Source: Bacillota bacterium | GTDB lineage: Bacteria > Bacillota > DULZ01 | Reading direction: 5' to 3' | NCBI GenBank assembly: GCA_050951405.1 | Contig: JBMNIZ010000003.1 | Location: forward strand, 10,111-74,110 | DNA: 64,000 bases | Shown: positions 1-10,856 of the stretch, piece by piece | Layout of the letters: each line of letters opens with the position of its first letter | Position numbering within the stretch: the stretch's first letter is position 1 | Notes under the pieces: model-generated | What the model saw: the letters and a program-made list of their open reading frames with translations, nothing else | The model's database searches: none | What the model was told of the DNA's origin: nothing | Made by a program: the position numbers and the translations under genes

Positions 1-138
1 GCCGGTGACTGGTCAAAACTCCAGATTAAAGCCAACAATATCTGGAATGCCTTAAGCGGTTTAGGACAGGACCCCTTCTGGATTATTGAAGAAGCCAATG
101 TTCTTTTTGCCGGCAGCGAAGACTCTTCCCCCTACTAA
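1..138 (+). CDS. 3' end of an unidentified CDS (partial, runs off the left edge)
   Basis: Open frame from base 1 (AGDWSKLQIKANNIWNALSGLGQDPFWIIEEANVLFAGSEDSSPY) ending at TAA 136-138, followed by a hairpin. Family not recognised. Confidence 0.4.
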   Translation, partial: AGDWSKLQIKANNIWNALSGLGQDPFWIIEEANVLFAGSEDSSPY

Positions 139-143
139 CAATA

Positions 144-168
144 AAGCCGGAAAAGTCTTTTCCGGCTT
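144..168. terminator. hairpin between convergent genes (likely bidirectional terminator)
   Basis: AAGCCGGAAAA-gtc-TTTTCCGGCTT, an 11-bp perfect stem. It has a T-rich tail on the minus strand just after the purD stop. Confidence 0.5.
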
Positions 169-188
169 GCTGCGAAAGCGCCTTAGCT

Positions 189-1469
189 TTATACTCCCCC
201 CCGGCCCGGCTTGCCCCGCTTTAAAGCGCGCCAGCCAATGTCAGTGCGGAAATGCCGTTGGGGAAACACTATCTTTTCGCAGGCGCTATAGGCCTTTTGC
301 GCCGCTTTCTCCAGGCTTTCTCCCCTGGACGTCACTCCCAGGACTCGTCCTCCCGCTGTGTACAAAGTCCCGTTTTCCCTTTTGGTCCCGCTATGGAAGA
401 CCAGGACTTCCTCCGGCACCTGTTCCAGACCAAAGATGGGATAACCGGTCTGAAAAGACCGGGGATAACCGCCGGAAGCCAGTATTACACAAACCGCAGC
501 CTCCGGTGACCAGCTGATTTCCAACTCTTCCAATTTCCCTTCCATGGCCCCATTCATGATCTGCACCAAATCCGTTTCCAGCCTGACTAAAAGAGCCTGG
601 CTTTCCGGATCCCCAAAGCGGGCATTGAATTCCAAGACTTGAGGACCTTCCCGGGTTAAGATCAGGCCCCCGTAAAGAATACCCTGAAAGCTCCTGCCTT
701 CCTCTACCAGAGCCCGAGCCACCGGAACAAAAATATCCTGGTAAATCTGCTTCTCCAGAGCAGGGTTTTCCAGCCCGGTGGGACTGTAGGCACCCATTCC
801 TCCTGTATTTGGCCCCCGGTCTCCATCGTAGACTCTCTTGTGGTCTTGAGCCCAGGCCAAGGGACGGACGGTTTCCCCGGAAACAAAAGCCATAACCGTT
901 ACCTCTTCCCCTTCCAGGTACTCCTCGATGACCAGTTTCCTGCTGGCCGTGCCCATTTTCTCCAACTCTTCCAGGGCCTGAACCGCTTCTTCCCTGCTGT
1001 GAACAATCATCACTCCTTTACCGGCAGCTAACCCGTCCGCTTTAATGACACAAGGAGCTCCCAACTTTTCCAGGTAATCCCCAGCTTCCCTCTTGTTTTC
1101 AAATATGGCAAAATCAGCTGTGGGTATCCGGTATTTCTTCATCAAATTCTTGGCAAAAGATTTGCTCCCTTCTATTTCAGCAGCCCTGGCGGTGGGTCCG
1201 AAAAGGCGCAAACCCGCCTGTTGAAAAACATCGGCAATGCCTGCCACTAAAGGCGCTTCCGGACCAACCACCGTTAAGTCTATCTGCTCCGCCAGAGCGA
1301 ACTGGACCAGGCCTTCTAGATCCAAGGGATCAATAGGCACACAGCGGGCCAGGGAAGCAATACCCCCGTTGCCCGGGGCACAAAAAATCTCTTTGACTTG
1401 AGAACTCTGGGCAATTTTCCAGACAAGAGCGTGCTCTCGGCCACCGGAACCGATTACCAATACTTTCAT
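189..1469 (-). CDS. purD: phosphoribosylamine--glycine ligase
   Basis: MKVLVIGSGGREHALVWK... ATP-grasp PurD pattern. ATG at 1469 lies 6 nt after a GGAGG; the ORF-track start at 1481 is a GTG inside that RBS. Confidence 0.95.
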   Translation of the reverse strand: MKVLVIGSGGREHALVWKIAQSSQVKEIFCAPGNGGIASLARCVPIDPLDLEGLVQFALAEQIDLTVVGPEAPLVAGIADVFQQAGLRLFGPTARAAEIEGSKSFAKNLMKKYRIPTADFAIFENKREAGDYLEKLGAPCVIKADGLAAGKGVMIVHSREEAVQALEELEKMGTASRKLVIEEYLEGEEVTVMAFVSGETVRPLAWAQDHKRVYDGDRGPNTGGMGAYSPTGLENPALEKQIYQDIFVPVARALVEEGRSFQGILYGGLILTREGPQVLEFNARFGDPESQALLVRLETDLVQIMNGAMEGKLEELEISWSPEAAVCVILASGGYPRSFQTGYPIFGLEQVPEEVLVFHSGTKRENGTLYTAGGRVLGVTSRGESLEKAAQKAYSACEKIVFPQRHFRTDIGWRALKRGKPGRGGV

Positions 1470-1494
1470 AAAAACCTCCACCTATCTGCCAAAA

Positions 1495-3015
1495 TTAATG
1501 TTTGAAATGGCGCCTCCCGGTAAAGGCCATGGCTATACCATGCTCCCGGCAGGCACTGATTGAATCCTCATCCCTGATGGAACCTCCCGGCTGGACGATG
1601 GCCTTGATACCATAAGCGGCCGCCAGGTCCACTGTATCCCGAAAAGGGAAAAAGGCGTCGGAAGCCAGAACCCCTCCCTTGGCCTGCTCTCCTGCCTGGG
1701 TTAAGGCCAGTTCAGCCGACTTAATCCGGCTCATTTGCCCGGCACCGATGCCCAAGGTCACCCCATTTTTTGCTACCACGATGGCATTTGACTTTACGTG
1801 TTTGACCACCTTCCAGGCAAAATCCAATTCCTCCAAGGCAGTAGGTTCCCCGGTTACCCATTGCCAGTTTTCAGGAAAACGCGTTTCCTTATCAGCTTCC
1901 TGCAGAAGAAATCCACCGCCGATGCATTTTATTTCGTATTCTTTTCTGCCCTGCTTCTCGGGAAGAGCCAGCACCCGCAAGTTGGGCTTTTCCTGAAATA
2001 ATTCCAATGCCCCGGGATCATAATCAGGTGCAATAACCGCCTCAAAGAAAATGTCTTTCATTTTTTCGGCAACCGCCCTGTCCACCCTTTGGTTCAATGC
2101 CACAATGCCGCCAAAAGCAGAAACCGGGTCAGCAGCCAGAGCTTTCTCAAAGGCAGCTGCCAGGCTGGCATCAATGGCCACCCCACAAGGGTTGGCATGT
2201 TTGATAATGGCCGCTGCCGGTTCCCTGAACTCCTGGACCAATTCCCAGGCTGCGTCCAGATCGGCCAAGTTATTATAAGAAAGATCTTTTCCCTGCAACT
2301 GCCGGGCGCCAGCCAGCCCCTGGGACTGGCCCAGCCGATAAAGGGCCGCTTTTTGATGGGGATTTTCTCCATAGCGCAGTTGACGGGACAGCTCCCCTGC
2401 TAAAACCCAATCACAAGCAAAAACGCTGATTTGCGCCTTTTCAGTCAAATAGCGGGCGATGGCAGCATCATAAGCGGCCGTATGCCTAAAAGCTTCTGCA
2501 GCAAGCTCCAAGCGCAGTTTTGAAGCAACCTCTCCCCTTTCCCGCAGCTCCTCAGCCACTTCTTGGTAACGGTCCGGGTTGACCACCACTGCGACCCTTT
2601 CATTGTTTTTGGCAGCCGCCCGAATTAAAGCGGGACCGCCAATATCAATATTTTCAATGGCTTGGGCCAAACTCACCTCTGGTCTGGCGATGGTCTCCCG
2701 AAAAGGATAAAGGTTGACCACCACCAGATCGATAAGAGGTATACCAAGATCCTCCAAAACCTGCAGATGTTCCGCCACATTCCTGGCCAAAATGCCCCCA
2801 TGAATCTTGGGGTGGAGGGTTTTCACTCTGCCTTCCAGGATTTCGGCGAACCCGGTGACTTCACTGACCGGGCGCACGAAAAAACCTGCTTCCTGCAAAA
2901 AGCCGGCAGTACCTCCGGTGGAAATCAATTCAAAGCCGAGTTCGGTCAATTGGGCGGCAAAATCCCCCAGCCCTCTTTTGTCGGATACGCTGATCAAAGC
3001 CCGTCTTTGCCGCAC
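1495..3015 (-). CDS. purH: bifunctional AICAR transformylase / IMP cyclohydrolase
   Basis: 506 aa with an MGS-like N-terminus ([10 protein letters not shown]) and an AICARFT domain ending ...[12 protein letters not shown] start preceded by AAGGAGGG. Confidence 0.95.
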   Translation of the reverse strand: MRQRRALISVSDKRGLGDFAAQLTELGFELISTGGTAGFLQEAGFFVRPVSEVTGFAEILEGRVKTLHPKIHGGILARNVAEHLQVLEDLGIPLIDLVVVNLYPFRETIARPEVSLAQAIENIDIGGPALIRAAAKNNERVAVVVNPDRYQEVAEELRERGEVASKLRLELAAEAFRHTAAYDAAIARYLTEKAQISVFACDWVLAGELSRQLRYGENPHQKAALYRLGQSQGLAGARQLQGKDLSYNNLADLDAAWELVQEFREPAAAIIKHANPCGVAIDASLAAAFEKALAADPVSAFGGIVALNQRVDRAVAEKMKDIFFEAVIAPDYDPGALELFQEKPNLRVLALPEKQGRKEYEIKCIGGGFLLQEADKETRFPENWQWVTGEPTALEELDFAWKVVKHVKSNAIVVAKNGVTLGIGAGQMSRIKSAELALTQAGEQAKGGVLASDAFFPFRDTVDLAAAYGIKAIVQPGGSIRDEDSISACREHGIAMAFTGRRHFKH

Positions 3016-3644
3016 TTTTTTCCCTCCTTTTGATCTTTAATCCCGCAAATGATGACTCTTCTCCCCTCTATCTTAACCCGGCCCTGAGCCAGCCAGCTGA
3101 TGACCTGGGGATAAAGCTTGTGCTCTTCGGCCAGGATTCTGGCCGCCAGGCTTTCCGGCGTATCCTCAGGCAAGACGGGTACCACCGCCTGGGCGATAAT
3201 CGGCCCCCCATCCAACTCTTCGTTTACAAAGTGAACTGTACAACCGGTATATTTTACTCCATATTCCCAAGCCTGCCGCTGGGCCCTTAATCCGGGAAAA
3301 GCCGGGAGCAAAGAAGGATGGATATTGATGACCCGGCCGGGAAAGGCAGCCAAAAACTCTGCTGACAGTATCCGCAAAAAACCGGCCAATACCACCAAAT
3401 CCACCCGGTATTTTTCCAAAACCCGGCGCAGGGCCCTGTCAAATTCAAAGCGATCCGAGTACAAACGGGGATCGACCAGCTGGCAGTCGATTCCATAGCG
3501 GGATGCTTTTTGCAAGGCTTCTGCTTTGGGGTTATCAGAAATCACCACCACAATTTCCGCCCCCAGCCTTCCGGCCTGTTGAGCTTTGATCAGAGCTTCC
3601 AGATTGCTACCTCTCCCTGAGACCAGTACTCCCAAACGGCACAC
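2994..3644 (-). CDS. purN: phosphoribosylglycinamide formyltransferase
   Basis: 216 aa with [16 protein letters not shown] and [12 protein letters not shown] motifs. The stop overlaps the purH start by 22 nt. Confidence 0.9.
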   Translation of the reverse strand: MCRLGVLVSGRGSNLEALIKAQQAGRLGAEIVVVISDNPKAEALQKASRYGIDCQLVDPRLYSDRFEFDRALRRVLEKYRVDLVVLAGFLRILSAEFLAAFPGRVINIHPSLLPAFPGLRAQRQAWEYGVKYTGCTVHFVNEELDGGPIIAQAVVPVLPEDTPESLAARILAEEHKLYPQVISWLAQGRVKIEGRRVIICGIKDQKEGKKCGKDGL

Positions 3645-3657
3645 ATTCCCGCCTCCT

Positions 3658-4704
3658 TCACCACCTAATCAGCGTCCTGCCCTTGCCAGGAACAAGAGAT
3701 CCGATGACATAAGCATCCTGTCCCAAACTTTGCAAAAACCTGATAATGTCATCTTCCGTTCCCGGTGACACAATCAGGACAAAACCGATGCCCATATTGA
3801 AAGTACGGTACATTTCTCCGGATTCCACCGGGCCCAGTTCGGCAATCAGCCGGAAGAGAGGCGGTACCGGCCAGTTTTCTTCCACCAGCAGCGCATCCAG
3901 ATGATTGCCAAAGGATCTAGGCAAGTTTTCGATTAAGCCGCCGCCGGTAATGTGAGCCATGGCCTTCACTTCAAATTGAGACAGAAGAGCTAAAATTTGG
4001 GGCACATAAATCCTGGTGGGTTCCAGCAGCAATTCCCCCAAGGTCCGATTAAAACCAGGAGGACACTCCTCCAGAGATAGGCCGCCGTCCTCCAAAAGCA
4101 CCTTCCTGGCCAAGGAATAGCCATTGGAATGAAGTCCTGTGGAAGAGAGGCCGATCAGGATGTCCCCCGGTTCGGGCCGGGAACCGTCCAAAAGGCGGTC
4201 CTTTTCCACGATTCCCACGACAAAGCCGGCCAGATCATATTCATCTTCCCCATAGACACCCGGCATTTCCGCCGTTTCTCCTCCCAGAAGGGCACAGCCC
4301 CCTTGGCGACAACCCTCGGCTATCCCCTTGACAATCGAAGCCGCTTTTTCCGGTACCAGTTTGCCCATGGCCAGATAGTCCAGGAAAAATAAAGGTTCAG
4401 CTCCCTGAACCAAGACATCGTTCACACACATGGCCACCAAATCAATACCAATGGTATCATGACGGTCCAACATGATGGCTATTTTCAATTTGGTTCCTAC
4501 CCCGTCAGTCCCGGCCACCAGGACCGGCTCCCGATACTTGCCCGGCTCCAACTGAAACAGGCCGCCGAATCCCCCTATTTCTCCCATTACCCCCGGGCGT
4601 TTGGTGGCGGCCACATGGTTCTTAATCATTTGTACCAGTAGATTGCCGGCATCAATGTCCACCCCCGCATCCCGATAAGCAACCGGCCTCTTCTTAGATT
4701 TCAT
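3658..4704 (-). CDS. purM: phosphoribosylformylglycinamidine cyclo-ligase (AIR synthetase)
   Basis: Begins [20 protein letters not shown]..., the PurM pattern. I chose the internal ATG at 4704, which overlaps the purF stop by 11 nt, over the 22-codon longer ORF-track start. Confidence 0.92.
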   Translation of the reverse strand: MKSKKRPVAYRDAGVDIDAGNLLVQMIKNHVAATKRPGVMGEIGGFGGLFQLEPGKYREPVLVAGTDGVGTKLKIAIMLDRHDTIGIDLVAMCVNDVLVQGAEPLFFLDYLAMGKLVPEKAASIVKGIAEGCRQGGCALLGGETAEMPGVYGEDEYDLAGFVVGIVEKDRLLDGSRPEPGDILIGLSSTGLHSNGYSLARKVLLEDGGLSLEECPPGFNRTLGELLLEPTRIYVPQILALLSQFEVKAMAHITGGGLIENLPRSFGNHLDALLVEENWPVPPLFRLIAELGPVESGEMYRTFNMGIGFVLIVSPGTEDDIIRFLQSLGQDAYVIGSLVPGKGRTLIRW

Positions 4705-6148
4705 GCCTAGAACCCCCTTTAAGAAACGGTATAGCAGCACCTTCAGCCGGTGCTCCCGGCACATATTCACCGCTGAAACAGGCAGTACAAAAGCTGGCCG
4801 GATCGGATTGGAAGGATTTCAACAATCCCTCCAGACTCAAGTAATGCAGGCTATCAGCTCCGATGTGCCGGCAAATGGCGTCCAGATCCTGCCGGGCTGC
4901 GATCAATTCACCCCTGGCGGAAGTGTCGATTCCGTAATAGCAGGGATAGAGAACGGGCGGGGAACTGATTAAAAGATGGACTTCCTTCACACCAACCTGT
5001 CGGAGCATTTTTATAATCTTTTTACTGGTGGTTCCCCGGACCAAGGAATCATCCACCAAGGCCACTCTTTGATCCTGGAGAACCTGCCTAATGGGATTCA
5101 ATTTCAAGCGCACTTCCACATCCCGCAGTTTTTGCGAGGGACGGATAAAGGTGCGGCCAATGTAGCGGTTCTTCATCAGTCCCTCCTGAAAAGGCAGCCG
5201 GGCCGCTTCCGCATAGCCCATGGCCGCGGTGGTGCCGGAATCCGGAACGGCAATGACCAGATCCACTTCTGGGCGAACCTCTTCCGCCAAGCTATGGCCC
5301 ATCTTGCGCCGGACTAGGTTGACGGTTTCCCCATCAATGGTGCTGTCAGGCCTGGCCAGATAGACGTACTCGAAAATACATAAAGCTTTCCGGGAAGATA
5401 CCATGGTCCGGATAGACCTGACCCCTTCCTGATCGATAATCACAATCTCCCCCGGTTCCACATCCCGGACAAAAACCGCCCCTATGGTGTCCAAAGCACA
5501 GGTTTCTGAAGCCAGAACATAAGCTTCATCAAGCTTACCCAAACACAAAGGCCGGACTCCGTAGGGATCCCGCACTCCGATAAGCCGATCTTCAGTCATC
5601 ACCACCAGGGCATAAGCGCCCTTTAAATCAATCATGCATTTTAGCAAAGCTTCCTCCAGAGGATTCTGCCCGTAACGGGCAATTAAATTGACAATGACCT
5701 CACTGTCGGTAGTGGACTGAAAAACCGAACCATTTATGGCCAGGCTATGCCTTAATTCCCGGGCGTTAAGCAGTCTGCCATTATGGGCCAAAGCTACTGA
5801 GCCCCTCAAATAATTAAAGCGCAAGGGTTCCGCATTAACCACGGATCGGTCTCCGGAATCGGCATAACGCACGTGGCCGATGGCTATCTTTCCTTTTAAG
5901 CTGTTGAGCACATCGTCATTAAAAACTTCGGCTACCAGCCCGGTATTTTTATGGACATGGATGGCGCTGCCGTCGGAAACAGCAATGCCCGCACTTTCCT
6001 GTCCCCTGTGCTGTAATGCATAAAGCCCATAATAAGTCAATGTGGCCACATCCCGGCCGGGCCCATAGATACCGAAAACTCCACAGGCTTCCCGGGGTTT
6101 GTCATCAGTTGCTTTTTCTTGAGAGCAGCCAACCGCTTGGGAAAACAT
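4694..6148 (-). CDS. purF: amidophosphoribosyltransferase
   Basis: 484 aa with a propeptide then CGVFGIYG (Ntn Cys), a PRTase loop ([14 protein letters not shown]) and C-terminal Cys ligands. Confidence 0.95.
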   Translation of the reverse strand: MFSQAVGCSQEKATDDKPREACGVFGIYGPGRDVATLTYYGLYALQHRGQESAGIAVSDGSAIHVHKNTGLVAEVFNDDVLNSLKGKIAIGHVRYADSGDRSVVNAEPLRFNYLRGSVALAHNGRLLNARELRHSLAINGSVFQSTTDSEVIVNLIARYGQNPLEEALLKCMIDLKGAYALVVMTEDRLIGVRDPYGVRPLCLGKLDEAYVLASETCALDTIGAVFVRDVEPGEIVIIDQEGVRSIRTMVSSRKALCIFEYVYLARPDSTIDGETVNLVRRKMGHSLAEEVRPEVDLVIAVPDSGTTAAMGYAEAARLPFQEGLMKNRYIGRTFIRPSQKLRDVEVRLKLNPIRQVLQDQRVALVDDSLVRGTTSKKIIKMLRQVGVKEVHLLISSPPVLYPCYYGIDTSARGELIAARQDLDAICRHIGADSLHYLSLEGLLKSFQSDPASFCTACFSGEYVPGAPAEGAAIPFLKGGSRHEI

Positions 6149-6293
6149 TTAAGCGCCTCCCCCAAACCCCTTTGTGGCTCCCCAACCGAATCTTTCCAAG
6201 GGGCCCCAAGGCCGGCGAAAACAATTTTGCTCCAGAATATAAAGAGGCATCATTAAAAAGCTCCTTTCCTCTAGGCCATTACTCACCAAGGGA

Positions 6294-6815
6294 TTATTTC
6301 TTTTGTGCCAGGTAAGATTCAACCCCCAGCTCCTTCAACCTGGCCCCTTTTGCCTGTACATCAGCGGCCATCCGCTCCCGATAGGCAACAATTCTTTCCT
6401 TGATGGAAGGATACTTGAGGGCCAAAATCTGGGCCGCATAGATGCCCGCATTCTTGGCACCATTGATGGCCATGGTAGCCACTGGAATACCGGAAGGCAT
6501 CTGAACTATACTGTAGAGGGAATCTTGGCCTCCCAGGGTTTCGGTTTTCATAGGCACCCCGATCACCGGCAGAGTAGTCAAGGCGGCGATCACACCCGGC
6601 AGATGGGCTGCCCCTCCGGCACCGGCGATGATCACTTCCAGGCCCCGTTCCGCCGCATTCCGTGCATAGCTGAAAACCTGCTCCGGCGTCCGGTGGGCGG
6701 AAGCGATGATCACTTCACAGCCGATATCCAATTCGTCCAAAACGGTTACCGCTTGTTTCATCACCGATAAATCCGAATCACTTCCCATGACAATGCCCAC
6801 TTTCACTTCTTTCAT
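6294..6815 (-). CDS. purE: N5-carboxyaminoimidazole ribonucleotide mutase (class I PurE)
   Basis: 173 aa with SAHRTP and AGGAAHLPGV, both class I signatures. Confidence 0.93.
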   Translation of the reverse strand: MKEVKVGIVMGSDSDLSVMKQAVTVLDELDIGCEVIIASAHRTPEQVFSYARNAAERGLEVIIAGAGGAAHLPGVIAALTTLPVIGVPMKTETLGGQDSLYSIVQMPSGIPVATMAINGAKNAGIYAAQILALKYPSIKERIVAYRERMAADVQAKGARLKELGVESYLAQKK

Positions 6816-6899
6816 GGATACACCTCCCCTTGATTAATGTCCGTGCTTTTCATCTCTTTTTGTTCTAAGCTTAGCAAAAAGAGACTTTATCTGTCAAGA

Positions 6900-6943
6900 A
6901 CATGCGAACGATCTCAGCCATCCTTGGCAAAATGTTCGGATTA
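6900..6943 (-). promoter_or_regulatory. candidate PurR operator (inverted PurBox pair) next to a candidate purE promoter
   Basis: Read on the minus strand: TAATCCGAACATT (6931-6943), then 18 nt, then ATCGTTCGCATGT (6900-6912), an inverted pair of CCGAAC-core boxes. It is immediately followed by TTGACA (6892-6897), then 18 nt, then TAAGCT (6868-6873). Confidence 0.45.
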
Positions 6944-9900
6944 AAGAAAATAGCTTATGCCTGCGCGGGCAATCCCCTGTCTTCTCAGTTCCGGCAGATT
7001 AAAGTTCAGAGCCGTTCCCGCCGTAATTCTCTCTTCATGCCCCATGCGGCCCAGGATTCTCCCGTCCGGACTGGTCAAGCTTTCCACCCCTTCATGGGAA
7101 CCGCTGGGATTATAGGGATAGTTCCCGCTGGGACGGTTATCCCAATCAATATATTGGGTGGCTATCTGGCCCCGAGTTAACAACTCTTCCATTTCCCGGG
7201 CCGTGGCCACAAAACGTCCCTCCCGGCAGGCAACGGGTACCGCATAAACCTGCCCCACCTGTACATTGCTGAACCAGGGTGAAAGGGTAGAAACAATTTT
7301 GATCCTTACAAACCGAGAAACTGGCCTGCCAATTCGGTTTTCGGTCAAAAGAGGGGAACCCGCCCCCATAGTCCTGATCTCCCCATAAGGCAACAATCCC
7401 AACCTGACCAGAGCCTGGAATCCATTCCCGATTCCCAAGATCAAACCTCTTTTTTCGTCCAAGAATTCCATGAGTGCCTCTGCCACCTGGGGATGGCGAA
7501 AGACCAGTTCGATGAATTTCCCGGCCCCTTCCGGTTCATCTCCGGCAGAAAAACCACCCGGTAAGACCAGAATCTGGGAGTCCAAAATGCTCTTGGACAA
7601 ATCGGCAAGAGACGACTTTATTTCAGCAATAGTTAGATCCCTGAATACCAAGCTCCTGACCACACCGCCGGCTTGGCGAAACATCTCAGCTGTTTCATAC
7701 TCACCGTTTGTTCCAGGGAATACCGGAAGCAAAACCCGGGGCTTAGCCAGCCGCACCGGACCGGGGTGTTTTCCCCTGCCGGTATAGACCTTTTCTCGGG
7801 CTTTTTCCTGGAAAGAATTGGTCGTTAGAGGAAAAACCTTGTCCAGGGTGCTTTCCCAGGCCTCCACTGCCTCCGCCAAGGGAATCTCTATGCCGTTGAT
7901 CTCAATGGAGCTCTTCTCCCTGGTCCGTCCCAAGAGCCGATACGCCACACCCCGAAAGGCTTCCTCCAGATCAACCCCGTTTTTTATCTCCAGGATCAAG
8001 GAGCCGTAGTCCGGGGCAAAAAGCCTGTCCAATTCCAGCTCGTGGTTTTCCTGGAAAATCATGCCGATGTTGTTTCCAAAACACATCTGGCTGATAGCAG
8101 CGGCCAATCCTCCTTCCTTCACGGTAGAAGAAGCCAAGACCCCTCCTTGCGCAATCAATTCCTGCACCTGCTGGAAGATTCTCTTCATGGCCGCGAAATC
8201 CGGCAGTTCCTGTTCATCCCGCGGAAGAGGAAGAAGTACTACCCGACTGCCGGCCCTTTTGAATTCCCGGGAGACGACTTTGTCCACTTCGGTGACGGTA
8301 ACCGCAAAAGCCACCAGGGTCGGCGGCACATGCCTGTCTTTAAAAGAACCGGACATGCTGTCTTTGCCACCGATGGCCGGAATTTGCAAGCTTTCCTGAG
8401 CCAGATAAGCTCCCAAAAGGGCGCTGAAAGGTTTACCCCATTTAACCGGATCATCCTCCAACCTTTCAAAATACTCTTGCAAGGTTAATCTGACTTTGGT
8501 ATAGTCCCCCCCCAAGGCCACTATTTTGCTGACCGCCTCCACCACCGCATACAGAGCGCCGTGAAAAGGACTCCAAGAAGCAAGGCGCGGATTGTAACCG
8601 TGGGTCATCATGGTGACGGTGGAAGTTTCCCCCTCTTGGACGGGAATTTTCGCCACCATTCCTTCCTGCGGAGTAAGCTGATAGCGGCCCCCCAAAGGCA
8701 ACAGAACCGTATTTCCTCCAGCAGTGCTGTCAAATTGCTCCACCATTCCTCTTTGGCTGCCAATATCCAGTCTCTGCAGATTAAAAAGCCAGGCCCGCCG
8801 AAGGTCGGGCAGAGCTTGGAGCAGTCCCCCGTGGAGACGGGTAAAGTAATTCTCCTCTTTTCTGGGAGAAACCACCACCACGGAAGAAGCCTTCTTGATG
8901 CCGCCGGTATTAAGAAAGTCTCGCTTCAGGTCTACAATGGGCCGACCTCGCCAATACATTTTCATCCGCCGGTCCCCTGTTACCCTGGCCACCACGGTAG
9001 CTTCCAGATTTTCTTCCCGCGCCAGCCTAATCATGCGATCCGCATCCTCCCGGGCCACCACCACAGCCATGCGTTCCTGGGACTCGGAAATGGCCAGTTC
9101 GGTGCCGTCCAGACCGGCATACTTGGTGGGCACCGCATCCAAATCAATTTCCAATCCATCGGCCAGTTCACCGATAGCCACGGACACTCCGCCTGCTCCA
9201 AAATCGTTGCATTTTTTTATTAATCTGCTGGCTGCCGGATTGCGGAAAAGACGCAGGAGTTTTCGTTCCTCAGTTGGATTGCCTTTGGGCACTTCCACTC
9301 CTCCGGGCTGCTCCGTTTCCCCGGTATACTCCCGGGAAGAACCGGCAGCTCCCCCGCAACCATCCCGACCGGTCTTGGCCCCCACCAAGAGAACCAAATC
9401 TCCCGGCTCGGGGGCTAATCTCCGCACGTTTTTCCGGGGTACGGCACCGATCACCGCGCCCAGTTCCATTCTTTTTGCTAAAAAGCCCTCATGATAGTAT
9501 TCCACCACCTGGCCGGCAGGCACCCCCACCTGATTGCCATAACTACTGTAGCCGGCCGCCGCTTCCTTGGTGATTTTTCTTTGGGGAAGTTTTTCCGGCA
9601 GGGTATCCTCTATTTTAGCCCGGGGATCAGCGCTGCCGGTAACCCGCATAGCTTGATAAACATAGGCCCGACCGGAGAGGGGATCCCGAATGGCTCCGCC
9701 CAGGCAGGTAGCGGCACCGCCGAAAGGTTCAATTTCCGTGGGGTGATTATGGGTTTCGTTCTTGAACATCACCAGCCATTCTTCCTGCCTGCCGTCTACG
9801 TTCACATTGGCTGAGATACTGCAAGCATTGACCTCATCTGATATTTCCACATCCGGCAAAAGACCCTGCTTCCGCATTTTCTTCATGCCCAAGACCGCCA

Positions 9901-10729
9901 GATCCATCAGACAGACATCAGGTCCTTCATCACCGTAAACAAAAGTCCGGTCCGCCAGATATCTTTGATAAGCCGACTGAATCGCCTGGCTAAAATCTCC
10001 TTCTTCAATTGCCACTTGGGCCAAGGGCGTGAAAAAAGTTTTGTGGCGACAGTGATCAGACCAGTAAGTATCGATAACCTTCATCTCGGTAATGGTGGGA
10101 TCCCGTTTTTCTTCGTTCCGGAAATAGGACTGGCAGAAGCGTAAGTCCTCCAGACTCATGGCCAAGGCCAACCGTTCCTGCAGCTTTTGCAGTTCTTCTG
10201 CATCTTGCCCGGCAAAATCCCGGATAATTTCCACAGGGGATGCTTCTTGTTCCGCCCTTTCCAGTGTTTCCGGTTTACCCTGATCAGCCTCCCGGCTTTC
10301 TACCGGATTCAGGCAATAGGACTTGATCTGATCCAGGGCAGAAGCAGAAAGCACACCCCGTAAAATCAAAACCCGGGCCGTGCGCACCACCGGCGTTTCC
10401 CTCCCGGTGATCAGTCTTAGACATTGTAAAGTTGCTTCCAACTTCTGATCGTGCTGGCCGGGCAGGTATTCCATCGCTAAGACGGTATCCACGGCCGCCA
10501 GGGGAAGTACTTCTTCATAAACCCGGTGGGCCAGATTTTCCGCAAAAAGAACTTGCCGCACCTTGGCATACTCTTCCTCGGTAATGCCGGCAAGATCATA
10601 GCGGTGGAGCAAACGCAAAGATTCCAGGCTCCGTATTCCCACATGATCATGTAATTCCAAATAAAGATTGCGGGCTGCCTGGTCAAAATCCGGCTTTTTT
10701 TCCACATAAATTCTTCTTACCCGCTTCAT
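6941..10729 (-). CDS. purL: phosphoribosylformylglycinamidine synthase, single-chain large form
   Basis: About 1262 aa, with PurL AIR-synthase-like repeats and a C-terminal class I amidotransferase. Start taken at MKRVRRIYVEKKP (ATG 10729) after AGGAGGG; the ORF-track start at 10837 adds 36 unlikely codons. Confidence 0.95.
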   Translation of the reverse strand: MKRVRRIYVEKKPDFDQAARNLYLELHDHVGIRSLESLRLLHRYDLAGITEEEYAKVRQVLFAENLAHRVYEEVLPLAAVDTVLAMEYLPGQHDQKLEATLQCLRLITGRETPVVRTARVLILRGVLSASALDQIKSYCLNPVESREADQGKPETLERAEQEASPVEIIRDFAGQDAEELQKLQERLALAMSLEDLRFCQSYFRNEEKRDPTITEMKVIDTYWSDHCRHKTFFTPLAQVAIEEGDFSQAIQSAYQRYLADRTFVYGDEGPDVCLMDLAVLGMKKMRKQGLLPDVEISDEVNACSISANVNVDGRQEEWLVMFKNETHNHPTEIEPFGGAATCLGGAIRDPLSGRAYVYQAMRVTGSADPRAKIEDTLPEKLPQRKITKEAAAGYSSYGNQVGVPAGQVVEYYHEGFLAKRMELGAVIGAVPRKNVRRLAPEPGDLVLLVGAKTGRDGCGGAAGSSREYTGETEQPGGVEVPKGNPTEERKLLRLFRNPAASRLIKKCNDFGAGGVSVAIGELADGLEIDLDAVPTKYAGLDGTELAISESQERMAVVVAREDADRMIRLAREENLEATVVARVTGDRRMKMYWRGRPIVDLKRDFLNTGGIKKASSVVVVSPRKEENYFTRLHGGLLQALPDLRRAWLFNLQRLDIGSQRGMVEQFDSTAGGNTVLLPLGGRYQLTPQEGMVAKIPVQEGETSTVTMMTHGYNPRLASWSPFHGALYAVVEAVSKIVALGGDYTKVRLTLQEYFERLEDDPVKWGKPFSALLGAYLAQESLQIPAIGGKDSMSGSFKDRHVPPTLVAFAVTVTEVDKVVSREFKRAGSRVVLLPLPRDEQELPDFAAMKRIFQQVQELIAQGGVLASSTVKEGGLAAAISQMCFGNNIGMIFQENHELELDRLFAPDYGSLILEIKNGVDLEEAFRGVAYRLLGRTREKSSIEINGIEIPLAEAVEAWESTLDKVFPLTTNSFQEKAREKVYTGRGKHPGPVRLAKPRVLLPVFPGTNGEYETAEMFRQAGGVVRSLVFRDLTIAEIKSSLADLSKSILDSQILVLPGGFSAGDEPEGAGKFIELVFRHPQVAEALMEFLDEKRGLILGIGNGFQALVRLGLLPYGEIRTMGAGSPLLTENRIGRPVSRFVRIKIVSTLSPWFSNVQVGQVYAVPVACREGRFVATAREMEELLTRGQIATQYIDWDNRPSGNYPYNPSGSHEGVESLTSPDGRILGRMGHEERITAGTALNFNLPELRRQGIARAGISYFL

Positions 10730-10856
10730 TTTCCGCCCTCCTGAAGGTCTTTTTTCATCAATCCATCTTTTTCCTGCTTTACAAAACAATTGTAACATAA
10801 TAATATAAATAAGAATAGTTAATCCTTTTAATAACATCTATTAGGAGAGCTAATCT

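Noticed and set aside
86-517. 143-aa plus-strand ORF at the left end
   Set aside because: It overlaps the terminator hairpin and runs antisense into purD. The actual plus-strand coding frame ends at 138.
6149-6253. 34-aa ORF (MMPLYILEQNCFRRPWGPLERFGWGATKGFGGGA) filling the purE-purF spacer, with a good RBS and TAA-ATG coupling to purF
   Set aside because: The composition looks random (Gly/Trp-rich, no recognisable fold), and I can see no support other than the RBS. It is kept only as a note; conservation in relatives would be needed.
6816-6940. Purine (guanine/adenine) or ZTP riboswitch upstream of purE or purL (also checked 10730-10856)
   Set aside because: I could not find the conserved three-way-junction core of the purine riboswitch or the ZTP pseudoknot motif (GGGUCGUGAC...CCGCCUGGGCA). 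The leaders are short and better explained by PurBoxes and promoters.
8042-9814. Several long plus-strand ORFs (148-220 aa) inside purL, and similar ones inside groEL, fdhA, nuoF-like and purH
   Set aside because: All are antisense to genes with unmistakable family signatures. They have Pro/Ser/Arg-rich shadow-frame composition and lack RBSs.
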